A DNA stretch of 64,000 nucleotides from Sphagnum compactum (Eukaryota): positions 1,922,001 through 1,986,000 of the forward strand of contig OZ234494.1 in the NCBI GenBank assembly GCA_965153455.1, written 5' to 3'. The notes under the pieces were generated by a model that did not search any database, was not told where the DNA came from, and was given only the letters and a program-made list of their open reading frames with translations. Of the stretch, positions 40,634 through 51,350 are shown piece after piece. A program made the translations under genes and the position numbers. Within the stretch, counting starts at the first letter, position 1. Each line of letters opens with the position of its first letter.

Positions 40634-40870
40634 GGCAATCCCTGACAGTCTGGGTGTAATGGGCGCTTGTTTTCGGGACTTTGCCGGCGTTAGGGCGAAA
40701 GAACACGGTTCCGAGAGGCCGGCTGGCCGACCCGCGAGCGCCGGTTAGCCGTGCTTTGAACGACCGGCGGATAAGCCGGAGGATTCCTTCGCGTGACCTG
40801 CCACCGCCACGTGGACACGAATCTCCTCGTGGCGGTAGTTTCGACCGGATCGGGCCCGGGGGGGGCCGGG
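40634..40870. other. GC-rich island of consecutive stem-loops (candidate structured RNA or cis-element)
   Basis: 120/180 G+C over 40681-40860, with at least six adjacent inverted repeats (see findings). No family recognised. Confidence 0.45.
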
Positions 40871-41151
40871 GTGTGACTGAAGGTGCGATAGGCGTTTGTG
40901 GGAAAGGAAGAACAGTGGGTGCTGTTTTCTGGGGCGATTGGCTTTGTTTTTTTCCGGCTGTTGTGCTGGATTATTGGGTGAGGCGAGGTCTGTCTGATGA
41001 GTTGATGAGATTGCCACTGCTGTTACCTCCTGGTTGCTCAAGCATAGCTTCCAATCGAGCAGGATTCGCTGGCAGCGTCTTTTGTTTTCAAAAGAATAAT
41101 TCAGAGTGTACATTGGACAGAGGCCCGCCTCTGCTGCTTTCTATGAAAAAT

Positions 41152-41198
41152 TATAAAGCAGCTGTTATGACTTATGACCCTTATGAATTAACAGCTGC
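41152..41198 (+). promoter_or_regulatory. Candidate TATA box followed by a 10-bp inverted repeat upstream of GT-1
   Basis: TATAAA at 41152-41157; GCAGCTGTTA (41158-41167) / TAACAGCTGC (41189-41198). Confidence 0.35.
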
Positions 41199-42757
41199 CG
41201 AGAGGTTGTGGGCGGTTGTATAAGCGGTGTAAAAATATGCAGAGGAAGAGTGTGTTGTGAACGCTCACGTCGTGGTGGACCGAGCGTTTTTTGTTCGGGT
41301 TTTTTTCAATATGAGAGCGCGACTCGCAGAAGCAGCAGCCGTTATGATCAACCTAAGATGAGGTTCGAATAGCTGTCTTTTTTCTGGTTACCACGTTATT
41401 CGATGTGATGATTCCTGTGAAGGATTTTTGTTGTTATCGGTTGGGGCGATGAAACGGGTTGATGGAGTGAAGCTCTAGGGCTTGTTTCTTGACTTCGAGA
41501 TTCAAGCAACCTTTGGTGTAACCAGCTAATGTTCAGCCGTAAATGTGGCTGTTGCGACACCTTTGGTGCGACGGACTTTCCTCGCAGGTTGTGGTGCTGA
41601 ATCCGTGGAGGTAGTTGTGCAGTTCCTTTCAGTGTGAGAGCAACTAGCATGCTGTTTCCGAACAAAGATCTGTGCAGTGCATTTGTAACTTGGGTGTTGG
41701 CATGCCAGTCTTTTACCTCCTGTGGTGGTGAATCGGTGGATGTAGTTGCTCCAGTGGCGTTTCTGTGATCAGAGAGCGTCTCTTCGCTGAGACGAATTCA
41801 GGATCTGCCCGGAATGTTGTATCCGTTAGCATACGCGTCAATGGAAACTGCTCTTTTCTTTCGATGCTCAATCAGTTGCTGTAGTTGATCCACTGGCGTT
41901 TCTTGTCCCTGTACTCGGGTTGAATAGGTTTTTAGAAAGTTACAGCACTTGGACTATCTGCTTATATCGAGTCTCGAATTTCGTTGTCGTCTACCATCAG
42001 GGCATTGGCCTGACTCCCAGTACTTGCAATATTTGCGCTGGTTTGCATTCCTGCTAAGATTGTTTTTTCCAACCTTGTATCTTCCTGAACGACTTTCGCA
42101 TCCCATTTGTCGGCCTTACTTAAACCGTTGAAAGCTTGCTTCAGCTTTCAAGGTTGTATGTAGGGTCGAGGACTTCGCACGACGTGATTATTATTCATGC
42201 AGTGAGTGGGACGTTTTTTTCAAACATGCAGAGTTTGTTAGGGTCTTCCAACTTCTATCCGCAATGTGTTTATTCCTACTATTGATTTTCCATACTTTCT
42301 GGTTCCGCTGTCCCCCATCACGGCTTGTTTTGTTCAGACTGTTTAGTGCCCAGCGAGCAAGAGCGTCATGTCAATGACCTGCAAAGACATCCTTCTGACC
42401 AAAGATACATAGCATTAGAACTAATCTTTGAGTAACTGCAAGAAGTGCAAATTAACGAGCTCGTTAAGATGTTTGAAGGGGACAGCCGCTGGCAAGAGAC
42501 TCCTGATGTCGATCAAGTGCAACATCAGGCATGATTTGTGCCCCCTTTTACCATCTATCTTGTATCCTTGGTGGTCAGCTTCATGCTAGGAGATTAGCTG
42601 CTGATATCTCTTTAAATTGTTTCTCACAGTTTCAGCTTCAAAGTCTGGAATTGCTTTTGCAGTGTTGTACATTCAGCTTTGAAGGGAATGGTGTTGTTTC
42701 ATAGGGACAGAGAAGAGAGCGTATGTGATAGAGAGTGTTACTAGAGAGAATGAGGAG

Positions 42758-43211
42758 ATGGATGTAGTGACAATGAATGTGGTACCACCACAGCTTCCTG
42801 CCTCCCAGCTGGCAATTGCACACCAGGTGCTTCTTGTGGATACTTCTGCTGAGGATCAAGAGATCAAGGCTCCCAAAAAGAGGGCCGAAACATGGGCCCA
42901 GGACGAGATAAAAGCATTGATTGCATATCGAAAGGAGATGGACAGTATGTTCAACACCTCAAAGAGTAACAAACATCTGTGGGAGCAAATTTCCCAAAAA
43001 ATGAAGGAGCAAGGCTATGACCGCTCCCCTACAATGTGCACAGATAAGTGGCGCAATCTTCTCAAAGAGTACAAGAAGGCCAAGGTACAAGACAAAGGGA
43101 CATCAAAAGTGGCATGTTTCAAAGATCTGGAGGAGCTTCTGAGTGATCGGACCAAATCCGTTCCATACCGCAGCCCTGCAAAGCTGGATGCTTTGCAACA
43201 CTCACCAAAAG
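42758..43211 (+). CDS. GT-1: GT-1-like coding exon 1 (Myb/SANT-like trihelix domain)
   Basis: First in-frame ATG after the TGA at 42680; ends AAA G|GTACTG. Confidence 0.9.
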
Positions 43212-46200
43212 GTACTGATGTTGAAAGGGTTTCGGTTGTGCACCTGTGTCATGTTGAGCTGTAAGGAGCTCAACATGTTGGGAAGTCTGCTGACTAATCT
43301 GGAAGACAGCAGGAATGCTTCAGGATGATGTGATCCCTGTGAATGTGTGATGGTTGCATCAATTTTGAACATGGATTGATATGTCATCATACCATGGTGG
43401 AAATATGGTTTTGGATGCATGCAAGACACTTGGAATTCACCATAAGCAGTGAATTCATTGAATGTTCCACTTTGGTATTTGCCAAAGTTCTGTGACCTGC
43501 TTGTTTGTCTTGAGTCAGCTTATTTGTATGTTGATGCTGGCCAGGTGATGTATCTGTCTATTGTTTCCAATGTGCAGTCACTAAAATAATGTGATCTGTC
43601 ATATTGTAGTAAGCAACGAGACAGCATATAGTTAAATTATGCTATACTTTCATGTATTGGTTTCAACTTCAACTTTGGGTTTGCTTACCACCACTCTGAA
43701 TGCTTTATCTGCTGGCCTGATGCATTGCAAATTCTTGTAGTACTCTCTGATAGTTGTAACCTACTGACAAGCCATGACCTCTCCCTGGTATGAATCCCCA
43801 CATCCATCTGTTAAGTTCTTGGAAAAGTCTCACCTATTTGAAGAACTGGAGAACTTGTGATAAACTTGTAATCATATGACCGCATTTGTCATCCTCACCA
43901 GAAAGTAGTCAAATCTTTTACATTTGTGCAAGCCTTGGATCTGCCTGCTTGCTCATCCTTTGTTTGCGATTGCTTCATTAACATGGTCTGGTTCTCATGG
44001 TGATGTTCCCAGGCCAGGAGCTCGTTCAGATTTGTGGGCCAATCTATCTCACTGTAAACTATAGCACCACTTGTCCGAGTGAAATTCAAGTTTGGGGTAG
44101 GACCAGCTGGGAAAAAAGGCTGGAACTGCTGCTGCATGCAAAGAAATTTCTTGCTATCCCAGAGAGTTGTAGGATATACTCATGCTTTAAAGTTTTAAAC
44201 TTTTGATTGAATCTTCCTTTTGCTTCCAGATATGGTATAAAAATCAGATTTCAGATGATTATATTATTGTTCACACCAAGTTCAGAGCAGATTATCATGT
44301 ATTTATTTACACTTGATGTCTGGAGCTCATGAAGTGTCATTGGGGAGTAATGGCAGCCAGTACACACTGCAGTTCATGATGATTAGATTGGTTTGATACT
44401 TTGTGAAAGACACTCACAAGGCCATGACCACACTCATTCCTGTCTTATTTGTTTTGGTTTGGCAAGATCTGATCAAACAGCTTCCTTCAAAGTAGTTTAC
44501 TCAACTTTGTCTACACATTATTAGTATATTGCAGTGCAGATTCCTGCTCATGCATTACTTATATTGAAACGAAAGGTATCAACTAGCAATATTAAATTTG
44601 TAGCAGTGATGTGGATGTGATTACTTGCTTTTTTTATTCATCTTCACAGGGTTCACATATTATAATATCAGTTCCTACAAGTGTGTTATGACCATTGATT
44701 GTAGCACCTCTGTAATGTGTGCAAGTTCCACAAGAGCTGTTCCACAAGTGTTGTTGTGTTTTCCCTATGCTTGATAGGGATTGGTCTGTCCCCATAATAA
44801 ATATAAATTGATTGACCTTGCTGATCAGTCTTGAACGGTTGAGTAGTTTCATCCATGAGGACTATTCTCATGAGTAATTTGTTTTCTTCATTTGATTTCT
44901 GATGTCAACACTGAATATCTGTGGTTGTCACTTGTAGCTTTCTCAGTTGTCTAAGTATCAGTACGAGCGGTCTGACAATCTGGCATCCTTGTGAATCTAA
45001 TGGACCAACGGAACTTGTGAAGTCCCTCTCCTTTTTGGCAGCATTGCTAAAGGACTTAATCTGCATTATTGAAAATTGTAGGTGTGCATCATGTGACATC
45101 CTCAGATTCAACTTGGAACTGTAAGGACCTTTAGAACCTTATATTTCTGTTTCTGGTTAAGCTATTCTGGCCCCAGTTTTCAGTACTGACTTGGTACTCC
45201 ATCTTTCGGTTTTAAATGAACAGATTACGTACACATAATGAATCTTCTTGTCAATCTTGTGAACTGGGTCTGTTGCAATGAGTACTGTAGAATAATGAGA
45301 GTATGGATGATAGCAGTGGCAGGATCTGCTGGAGTGCTGAATTTGGATTGCCAGTTGGACCATGATGGTTATCCAACAGTGCTTCCATCAGCTGATGAAG
45401 TGGTCCACGTCTAACCTTCATAACCAATGGGGTTCCACAATGTTGGAGTTTGAGGGATACAAATGCTAATGGTGAGATGTTTTCTCTTTTTGGTTTAATA
45501 GAGGAATGTGAACATGAGAGCATCACTTGCTTCTATTGTCTTGTCACCACGACAATGAACTAGGTGACCCAAAGAACAATTTGGGATGTAGGCACATTGC
45601 CAATTTTCACTGCAATGATCATAACATGCTAAAATAGAGCAGGAGTGGTGTTACAAGTGTATCTGGAGCCAAGGCTGGCAAGAGATTATCTCAATTGCTC
45701 AAGCTGGCACACACATGGATACCATTGCAATACATATGTGTTGGTGAGTCTCAAGGCAAGGATTCTGAGAGTTAGTTTAACCAAGCACCCATGTGGCCTG
45801 GTGGCAAACATTTAATCTTGCTTATACATGCATGCTTATGCTTCCTAAAGAGCATAGATTGACTGCAGTTGAAGTTCTGCTTCAAGTTCAGTTGCTCTAT
45901 CATCAGCTGTTTGCATGGTACAAGGGCTATAGTGCAACACTGATAACAGTCTCTGGCCTTATGGTCTTTCTGCAAGTTGTCTTTTGATGTCTATGCCCAG
46001 GTGTGTTTGCATAGCCTATATTGGAATTCATATTTTCTAGCCATGTGGAACTTCACAATCCATAATACCAAGGATTTGATGGCCTGTCCATTTAGCAAAT
46101 AAAGAGTGAGGAACTAGTTCAAGGTAAAATGGAAGGAGGTGCTTTCATTTGTGACAACCATTTATGGTTGGTGTGTAAGGTACAGAGTGCTGCTTTCTTA

Positions 46201-47832
46201 CTTGAAACGACGGTGCAATGCAGGTGGAGATCGACAATTATCAGGAAGGAAGGTTGTCATAGTGAAGTTTGGGGACATGATACGGAGGATTTGTGTAGAT
46301 GGGCCATTTGAGTCTATCAAGGAATCCATAAAGACTTCGTTTGGGCTCCGAACTAAGCGGCCATTTTGGTTGGAGGATGATGAGGGCGTAATTCAGCCAT
46401 TGAGCCGTGACATGCCAGCAGGCCAATATTCTATCAATCTGGACCCAGGTATGTCGCTCTTTCCTTTATTCTCATTTTGACTCATCACCAAGATTGTTGA
46501 ATATTATATCGTCACTAGCAAACTTCACAAGTCTGCAACTCCCTGCAACTCCCTAACATTGAACTGTGTTCTCAGAGACAATTGAGTCTTCACTCTTATA
46601 CCCTTGGTGGTAAGTCTTTTTTGGGTACCATTGAAGAGCTGTTAAACAAAATGAGGCATCCAACATGACATTAGTTAGTCTCCTATTGAGGCTCTGGAAT
46701 GCTTCAGATAAATATCTGTCCTAGAAACTTGTTACTCCATTTCTCTTTCTTTTCCTTTGCTGAATGCATTTTTCCCATCAGCTTGGAGAACCTCAGCTTG
46801 TCCACACCCATTATCAGGAATTGGTGAAGTTGACCTGCCTTGGGTTAAAGATGGATTACTGAACATGCAAACATGATTTTAGTTCTGTTGAGTAATGTTT
46901 ATGCTCATTCTTTTCATCTATTCTCACATCTTTGTCAAGAGGATTTTGTTGTCTTATAATTCCTCACTTCATCCTCTGGATATGACTCTTTTTTTAATCT
47001 TGGTTATTCATGTTTTTGATCAGAACATTAGTAGCTCCCTCATTTTACCAGACCAGTTTGATATTGTTATGCAGATCTTCCATGCACCTTGCAACATTAC
47101 TTAAGCAATCTTGGTCATCCTTCCTGGATCAACTTGCATGATAAGCTAATGCAAATATTATGAGTGAGCTTTATACTTGATGGGATGTGGTAACATTTGA
47201 AGTGAATTTGAAGTGAAGCAAGGACAAATATGAGTTGGTCTAGTTCAGTACAGGGACATTCTGCAGTCCTTGACATGAGTGGGTGGAACTCTCCAGTGGG
47301 AGAGGGATGGGAACGATGATGGGTACTTGAACAATAATAAAGAGGCAGGGCAGTTGTGCTGGGCAATATGAGTTCTAGTGATTGAGGATATGGATTGGAG
47401 AATTTAATAGCCATATGCTGTATCATCAGTTGTGTGGGCTTTATATTCACCTGATTCCACGTATCATGAAAGTCAAAGTTTCTTCACCTGTGACTCTCTC
47501 TGTTGCAGAACCCACTTTGCATGCAAACAGAGTTTTAATCTTCTCAAATTCAACACAGTGATGTTAAAAGGTTTTGCAGGCCCAGAGGAAACTAATTTAT
47601 TTGCCTTCAATGACTGCTTCTGAGTTCAGGGTTTACAGTGAAGGTGTGCTTGTATGATGAGTCCGGGCGTATGACAGGCAGCACTGAGAACAGAACACTC
47701 TACACAGATGAGGACTTTCATGAGTTTCTCTCACGTAGGGGCTGGTCAGGCCTGCGAGAGGTGGGCACTTTCAGGGATTTTGACTCATTAGAAGAACTTC
47801 GGCCTGGGGCAGTATACCAACATGCACCATGA
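42758..47832 (+). CDS. GT-1: Trihelix transcription factor, GT-1/GT-4 clade; exons 42758-43211, 45082-45120, ~45317-45471 (contains frameshift), 46224-46448, 47630-47832; ~352 aa if the 17-nt insertion is removed
   Basis: Trihelix DNA-binding domain [12 protein letters not shown]...[42 protein letters not shown]. Linker LNLD.QLDHDG.P...NGVP..W. C-terminal domain VKFGD..RRI.VDG..E.IKE.I...FGLRTKR.FWLED...L.RDMP.G.Y and VCLYDES...YTDEDF.EFL.R.GW...L.PGAVY, matching the layout of Arabidopsis GT-1. All introns are phase-1 GT-AG. The start codon and the exon-3 acceptor are uncertain, and exon 3 is frameshifted, so this may be a null allele or pseudogene. Confidence 0.9.
45082..45120 (+). CDS. GT-1: GT-1-like putative 39-nt micro-exon 2
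   Basis: TTGTAG|GT GTG CAT...TGG AAC T|GTAAGG; open and phase 1-1. Its position and 13-residue length correspond to the short segment after the trihelix exon in GT-1. Confidence 0.6.
45317..45471 (+). CDS. GT-1: GT-1-like coding exon 3, with internal 17-nt frameshift and TAA at 45412-45414
   Basis: [28 protein letters not shown] in one frame, then [24 protein letters not shown] in another. Confidence 0.75.
46224..46448 (+). CDS. GT-1: GT-1-like coding exon 4
   Basis: ATGCAG|GT GGA GAT...CTG GAC CCA G|GTATGT; contains VKFGD...[14 protein letters not shown]. Confidence 0.92.
47630..47832 (+). CDS. GT-1: GT-1-like coding exon 5 (terminal)
   Basis: GTTCAG|GG TTT ACA GTG AAG...PGAVYQHAP then TGA. 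Confidence 0.9.
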
Positions 47833-49827
47833 GGGATGTCTGCTTGGAGTCCTACAAAATTCCTCTTCCATGTATACAAGGTAAGTTGCAGTCAATACAA
47901 AATCAGCTATTTAAAACTTAGTTGTTGACTAGTCCAACACAGGATCACATTTGCACACTAGGATTGCAGGGTAGTGTTTCAGGTCCATCTTTTGCATTGC
48001 CAGCAAGCATATTGATGGTGGTTATCAAATTTATCTAGGCATTGAAGAGTCTTGGCTCTTAGTCAAGTGTGTTGCTGTGTGAACCTCACTTCCATCCATG
48101 ATGAGGTAAATTTTGACAAGCACATTGCTTTCTCCTAATTCCATCAGTGGTCCCTCCTAATCTTGCTCTTCGATTCTCGTCTTTTTCTGTATACCTCCTG
48201 GAGGTGTTGACCCTGTTTTGAGCTCTCATGTCAATCAAACTATTGTTTGTTGTTATCCCCATCTGGATGGATTTTGGTGCAACTTTCCAAATGATAATCA
48301 GACTGATGTCAACTGATTTGAGTCAGATAGGAATGCAACTTTACAAATGATAATCAAACTTCATTTGAGACACTGATGTCTACAGATTCCAAACTGTTGT
48401 TCTCTTTGCATGCTTATCCTGTTGTAAACTGTGTTTGCATTTCTAATGTCTAAAAGACCTAGTTTTCCTGGCTCTCTAAATTGACATTTACAATTTGTCT
48501 AGTACCTACAGTTCATTGGCACATAATGTGGGGTGTTAGGGAGGGTATTACCAAGGCCTCAGTTTGCCATTATGGCTTATGATTAGACACCAAAGCTAAT
48601 TTGTACTTGTCTGTAAGTTGATAAATGTTTTGATCCATAACTCCTTGTGATGTCTGACCCAAATTGGCGTTTGTAAAATACAATGACTGTTACTGTTGTT
48701 CCCACTGGCTGTGGTGTTTTTGTCCTGTTCGAGGGAGTGTCTGTCTGCCTGCAGTTCTAATCCCCAAAACGTGCCAACTGATCTACTATATCTGTGACTG
48801 CTCTTTGCCTGTCATAATGGGTTCGAAATGTGTGATGGGTGGAGTCAGTTACTAGGCAGCAGGCTAGGATTTTCACCTCCCATGCAAATTTAGGTGCTGC
48901 TTTTTTGTTAACATGAATAGCCTTATTGTTAGAATATACCTAATCTACTCAACGAGGCACGCATCTCCAGATTTTGATAGTGGAAAAAGTCCCTCCCAGT
49001 GAGAAATATTGCCACAATATTATGAAAGATATGCCAAGACGTTTTCTAAGTTAAAAAATACTGAAAAGTTTGTGGAATTCTTAACCAGTTAGATAATGAT
49101 TCGCATCAGCTGTTTACCAAAAAGCGATCAGAACCCACAGATTCCCAGATACACAAAGCAGCTGACGGTGTACTGATCGACCTCTGGTGCCTATCCAAGG
49201 TAGAAATGTACGAACCCTAAAAACGAAATGTAGTTCTAATGCATCATTTTTGTAGATGTATGGGGCCACTAGGGTTCTGAAACTGTCTCTCGAGGCACAC
49301 ACTTATATGAGATCATGATCACGTTATTAGCAGGCAAGCCCGTGTGCAGAAGGGGCGCCCTGCTTTTTGTAAGCTGTCACGAATCTGATATCAAATTTGG
49401 CCTGGCGGAAACTTCAGTCAAGTTCAAAAGTCACTTACAACAACAATGATATGCTCACAATTCCCAGACATTGAAAAACTCCAATATTTTCAGATTCCCA
49501 ACCTCGAAGAACGTATTGGCCAGTACTCGGGTACTGCAACTTGCAGCCTGCCAGTTTTACAACTCCAACAGCCCTCCTTCCCACACACCCAGTTTTGTAA
49601 ACTATTGTAGTACCTGAGCGGGTTCGACATAAATTAAATTATTTTCAACTTTGCAAAAAATTTCAGAAAAATTTCAGCTCTTTCTCTCAAATTTTTCAAA
49701 AAACCCATTCCAGATGCCAGCTTAAGTTTTGAGCCAAGGACCTGCTTGACCAAATTAGTTAGTGATCGCATCCATCTAACCACTAACATAGTTAAATATC
49801 TTAATAACATTGATGAATTTAATTAGA

Positions 49828-50168
49828 CTAGTGTGAACCCGGTGCATAATGCACCCGTCGAGCTCCCCCTCGCCCGGTCCTTCCCATTGCCCACTCCGGT
49901 TATTTGCCCCGTCGACCCCCCCCTCGTCCTTCGCATTTTCCACTCCGATTTTTTAACCCGTTGATCCCCCCCTCCCCGTTCCCCTGTTATATATAATTAA
50001 CTTCCCAGCCCGTGCTGGCCCCTCCGCCCCATTACCAAGCCCTGTCATAGAAAATGCATTGTCCGATTCTACCATAAAAAATGCAGAGGCCGATTCTGCC
50101 ATAGAATTGCAGCAAAATTATCGTGTCAGACAGACGCATAGACAGACTTACTGAATTAATATATAAGA
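49828..50168 (-). mobile_element. Complete non-autonomous Helitron (341 bp)
   Basis: The minus strand starts A|TCTTATATATTAA and ends with the GGTGCA-TTA-TGCACC hairpin, then CACACTAG|T. It is inserted between A and T with no TSD. Internal ~50-bp and ~27-bp tandem units. Confidence 0.92.
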
Positions 50169-51044
50169 TATATTACATATATGTCGAAATTTTCAGAATT
50201 AAAAAGATAGCTGCCAAATCAAAAATTCTAAATTAAATTAATTATTCAACAAAGAAGTGCCGAAGCCGCCCAAGTACTATGATATTATGAGACTAAAAAA
50301 AAAAGAAATAAACTAAAACCCCGTTCACATGTAGTGGAGAGATTATTAGTGTTAGTAGTCCTAACATTAATGTTAGCTGAACTTGCATCACATGGCACTA
50401 ACTAAAATTTAACCTATCACTAATGTAATTGCACAATGTTCACATACAAAAAGATAAACAATGCTACCATCGACTTAGTAGCACCTTTGTGTCATTTGAG
50501 CTTCTTGTGATTCATGTTTGAAGACAACCACAAGCAAATATTTCCCCCCGTTCCTCCTTTTTTCTCTTTTTCATTCAATCCTCATGGCTCCCTTCTTTCA
50601 AGCTTTCTTTCTTTGTTTCTCTTTTCGCCCATTTTACACAACTTTTCTTTGAATTTTGTTGTTGGTACATGCACATGGCAAGTTGTTTTTCTTCATTTCT
50701 TCAAAGCTTTGCTATCATAGTCCTCCTCCACAACTTGCAAGGAATGTGGTTGGGTAGCACGACCATGAGCATCATACAAGTCTAGTTGTTTGCATAATCA
50801 TAAAAATCATATTTTGGCATATTGAAATATATAAGTCAAGCATATTACCTTAAATCTTAACATGAATTTTTTCAAATATTGGGTAAAGTTGACTAATATT
50901 TTCTACCTTGAGCTCATAACTTGATGTGAAAATTATCAAGCTACTACTAGATATTTTATCCCTTAAATTCAACATAAACCACCAAAAATATGAAGCAGTC
51001 ATCTTATAATTTTTGCATGTGAATTGCAACTTCAAGTGAAATGT

Positions 51045-51350
51045 AGTGGATGGCCACCCGATATTTTACCCTTTATGTTCACAAAATATAGTGAAACAAT
51101 TGAGTTGCCACCTAATATTTTCGATTGGGGTTTGCAACCTTAAGGGACAAATGTCAAATGGTCATTTGATATTTTTACCTATCATTTTCATAAAATCAAG
51201 AAAAAAACAATCAAATGGCCAATCTTTGATATTTTACCCATCAAGTTTCACATGGAAAACCAAAAATGTTAAGTGGCCATCTAATATTTTACCCTTTGGG
51301 TTCAACATGAAAAAAAAGGTATTGGGTGGCCAACCAATATTTTTCACCTA
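51045..51350. repeat. Degenerate ~55-bp tandem repeat, ~6 copies
   Basis: ggcca.c.(g/a)atattttacc motif at ~51052, 51106, 51160, 51217, 51275 and 51328. Confidence 0.75.

Noticed and set aside
40620..40700. Telomerase RNA: ATTGATTG...CCCTGA...GCCGGCGTT recalls, from memory and unverified, the Arabidopsis TR layout; the minus strand has CGCCCTAACGCC (1.5 x 8-mer).
   Set aside because: Neither candidate template would copy TTTAGGG, the + candidate is buried in a stem, and no USE plus TATA is seen at type-3 promoter spacing. Only a covariance-model search could revive this.
40675..40840. RNase P/MRP (minus-strand AAAGTCCC and CCGGCTTAT), HDV-like (GCCGGCTGG, TCCTCGT) or twister ribozyme.
   Set aside because: The P/MRP-like motifs are in the wrong order. 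HDV P3/P1.1 and the catalytic C could not be assembled on either strand, and the twister core is missing.
40994..41010. Hammerhead ribozyme core CTGATGAG.
   Set aside because: No stem II followed by GAAA downstream.
40681..41223. 180-aa + ORF and 122-aa - ORF over the GC island.
   Set aside because: The + ORF has a non-ATG start, both show R/G/P-rich GC-driven composition, and neither has a recognisable domain.
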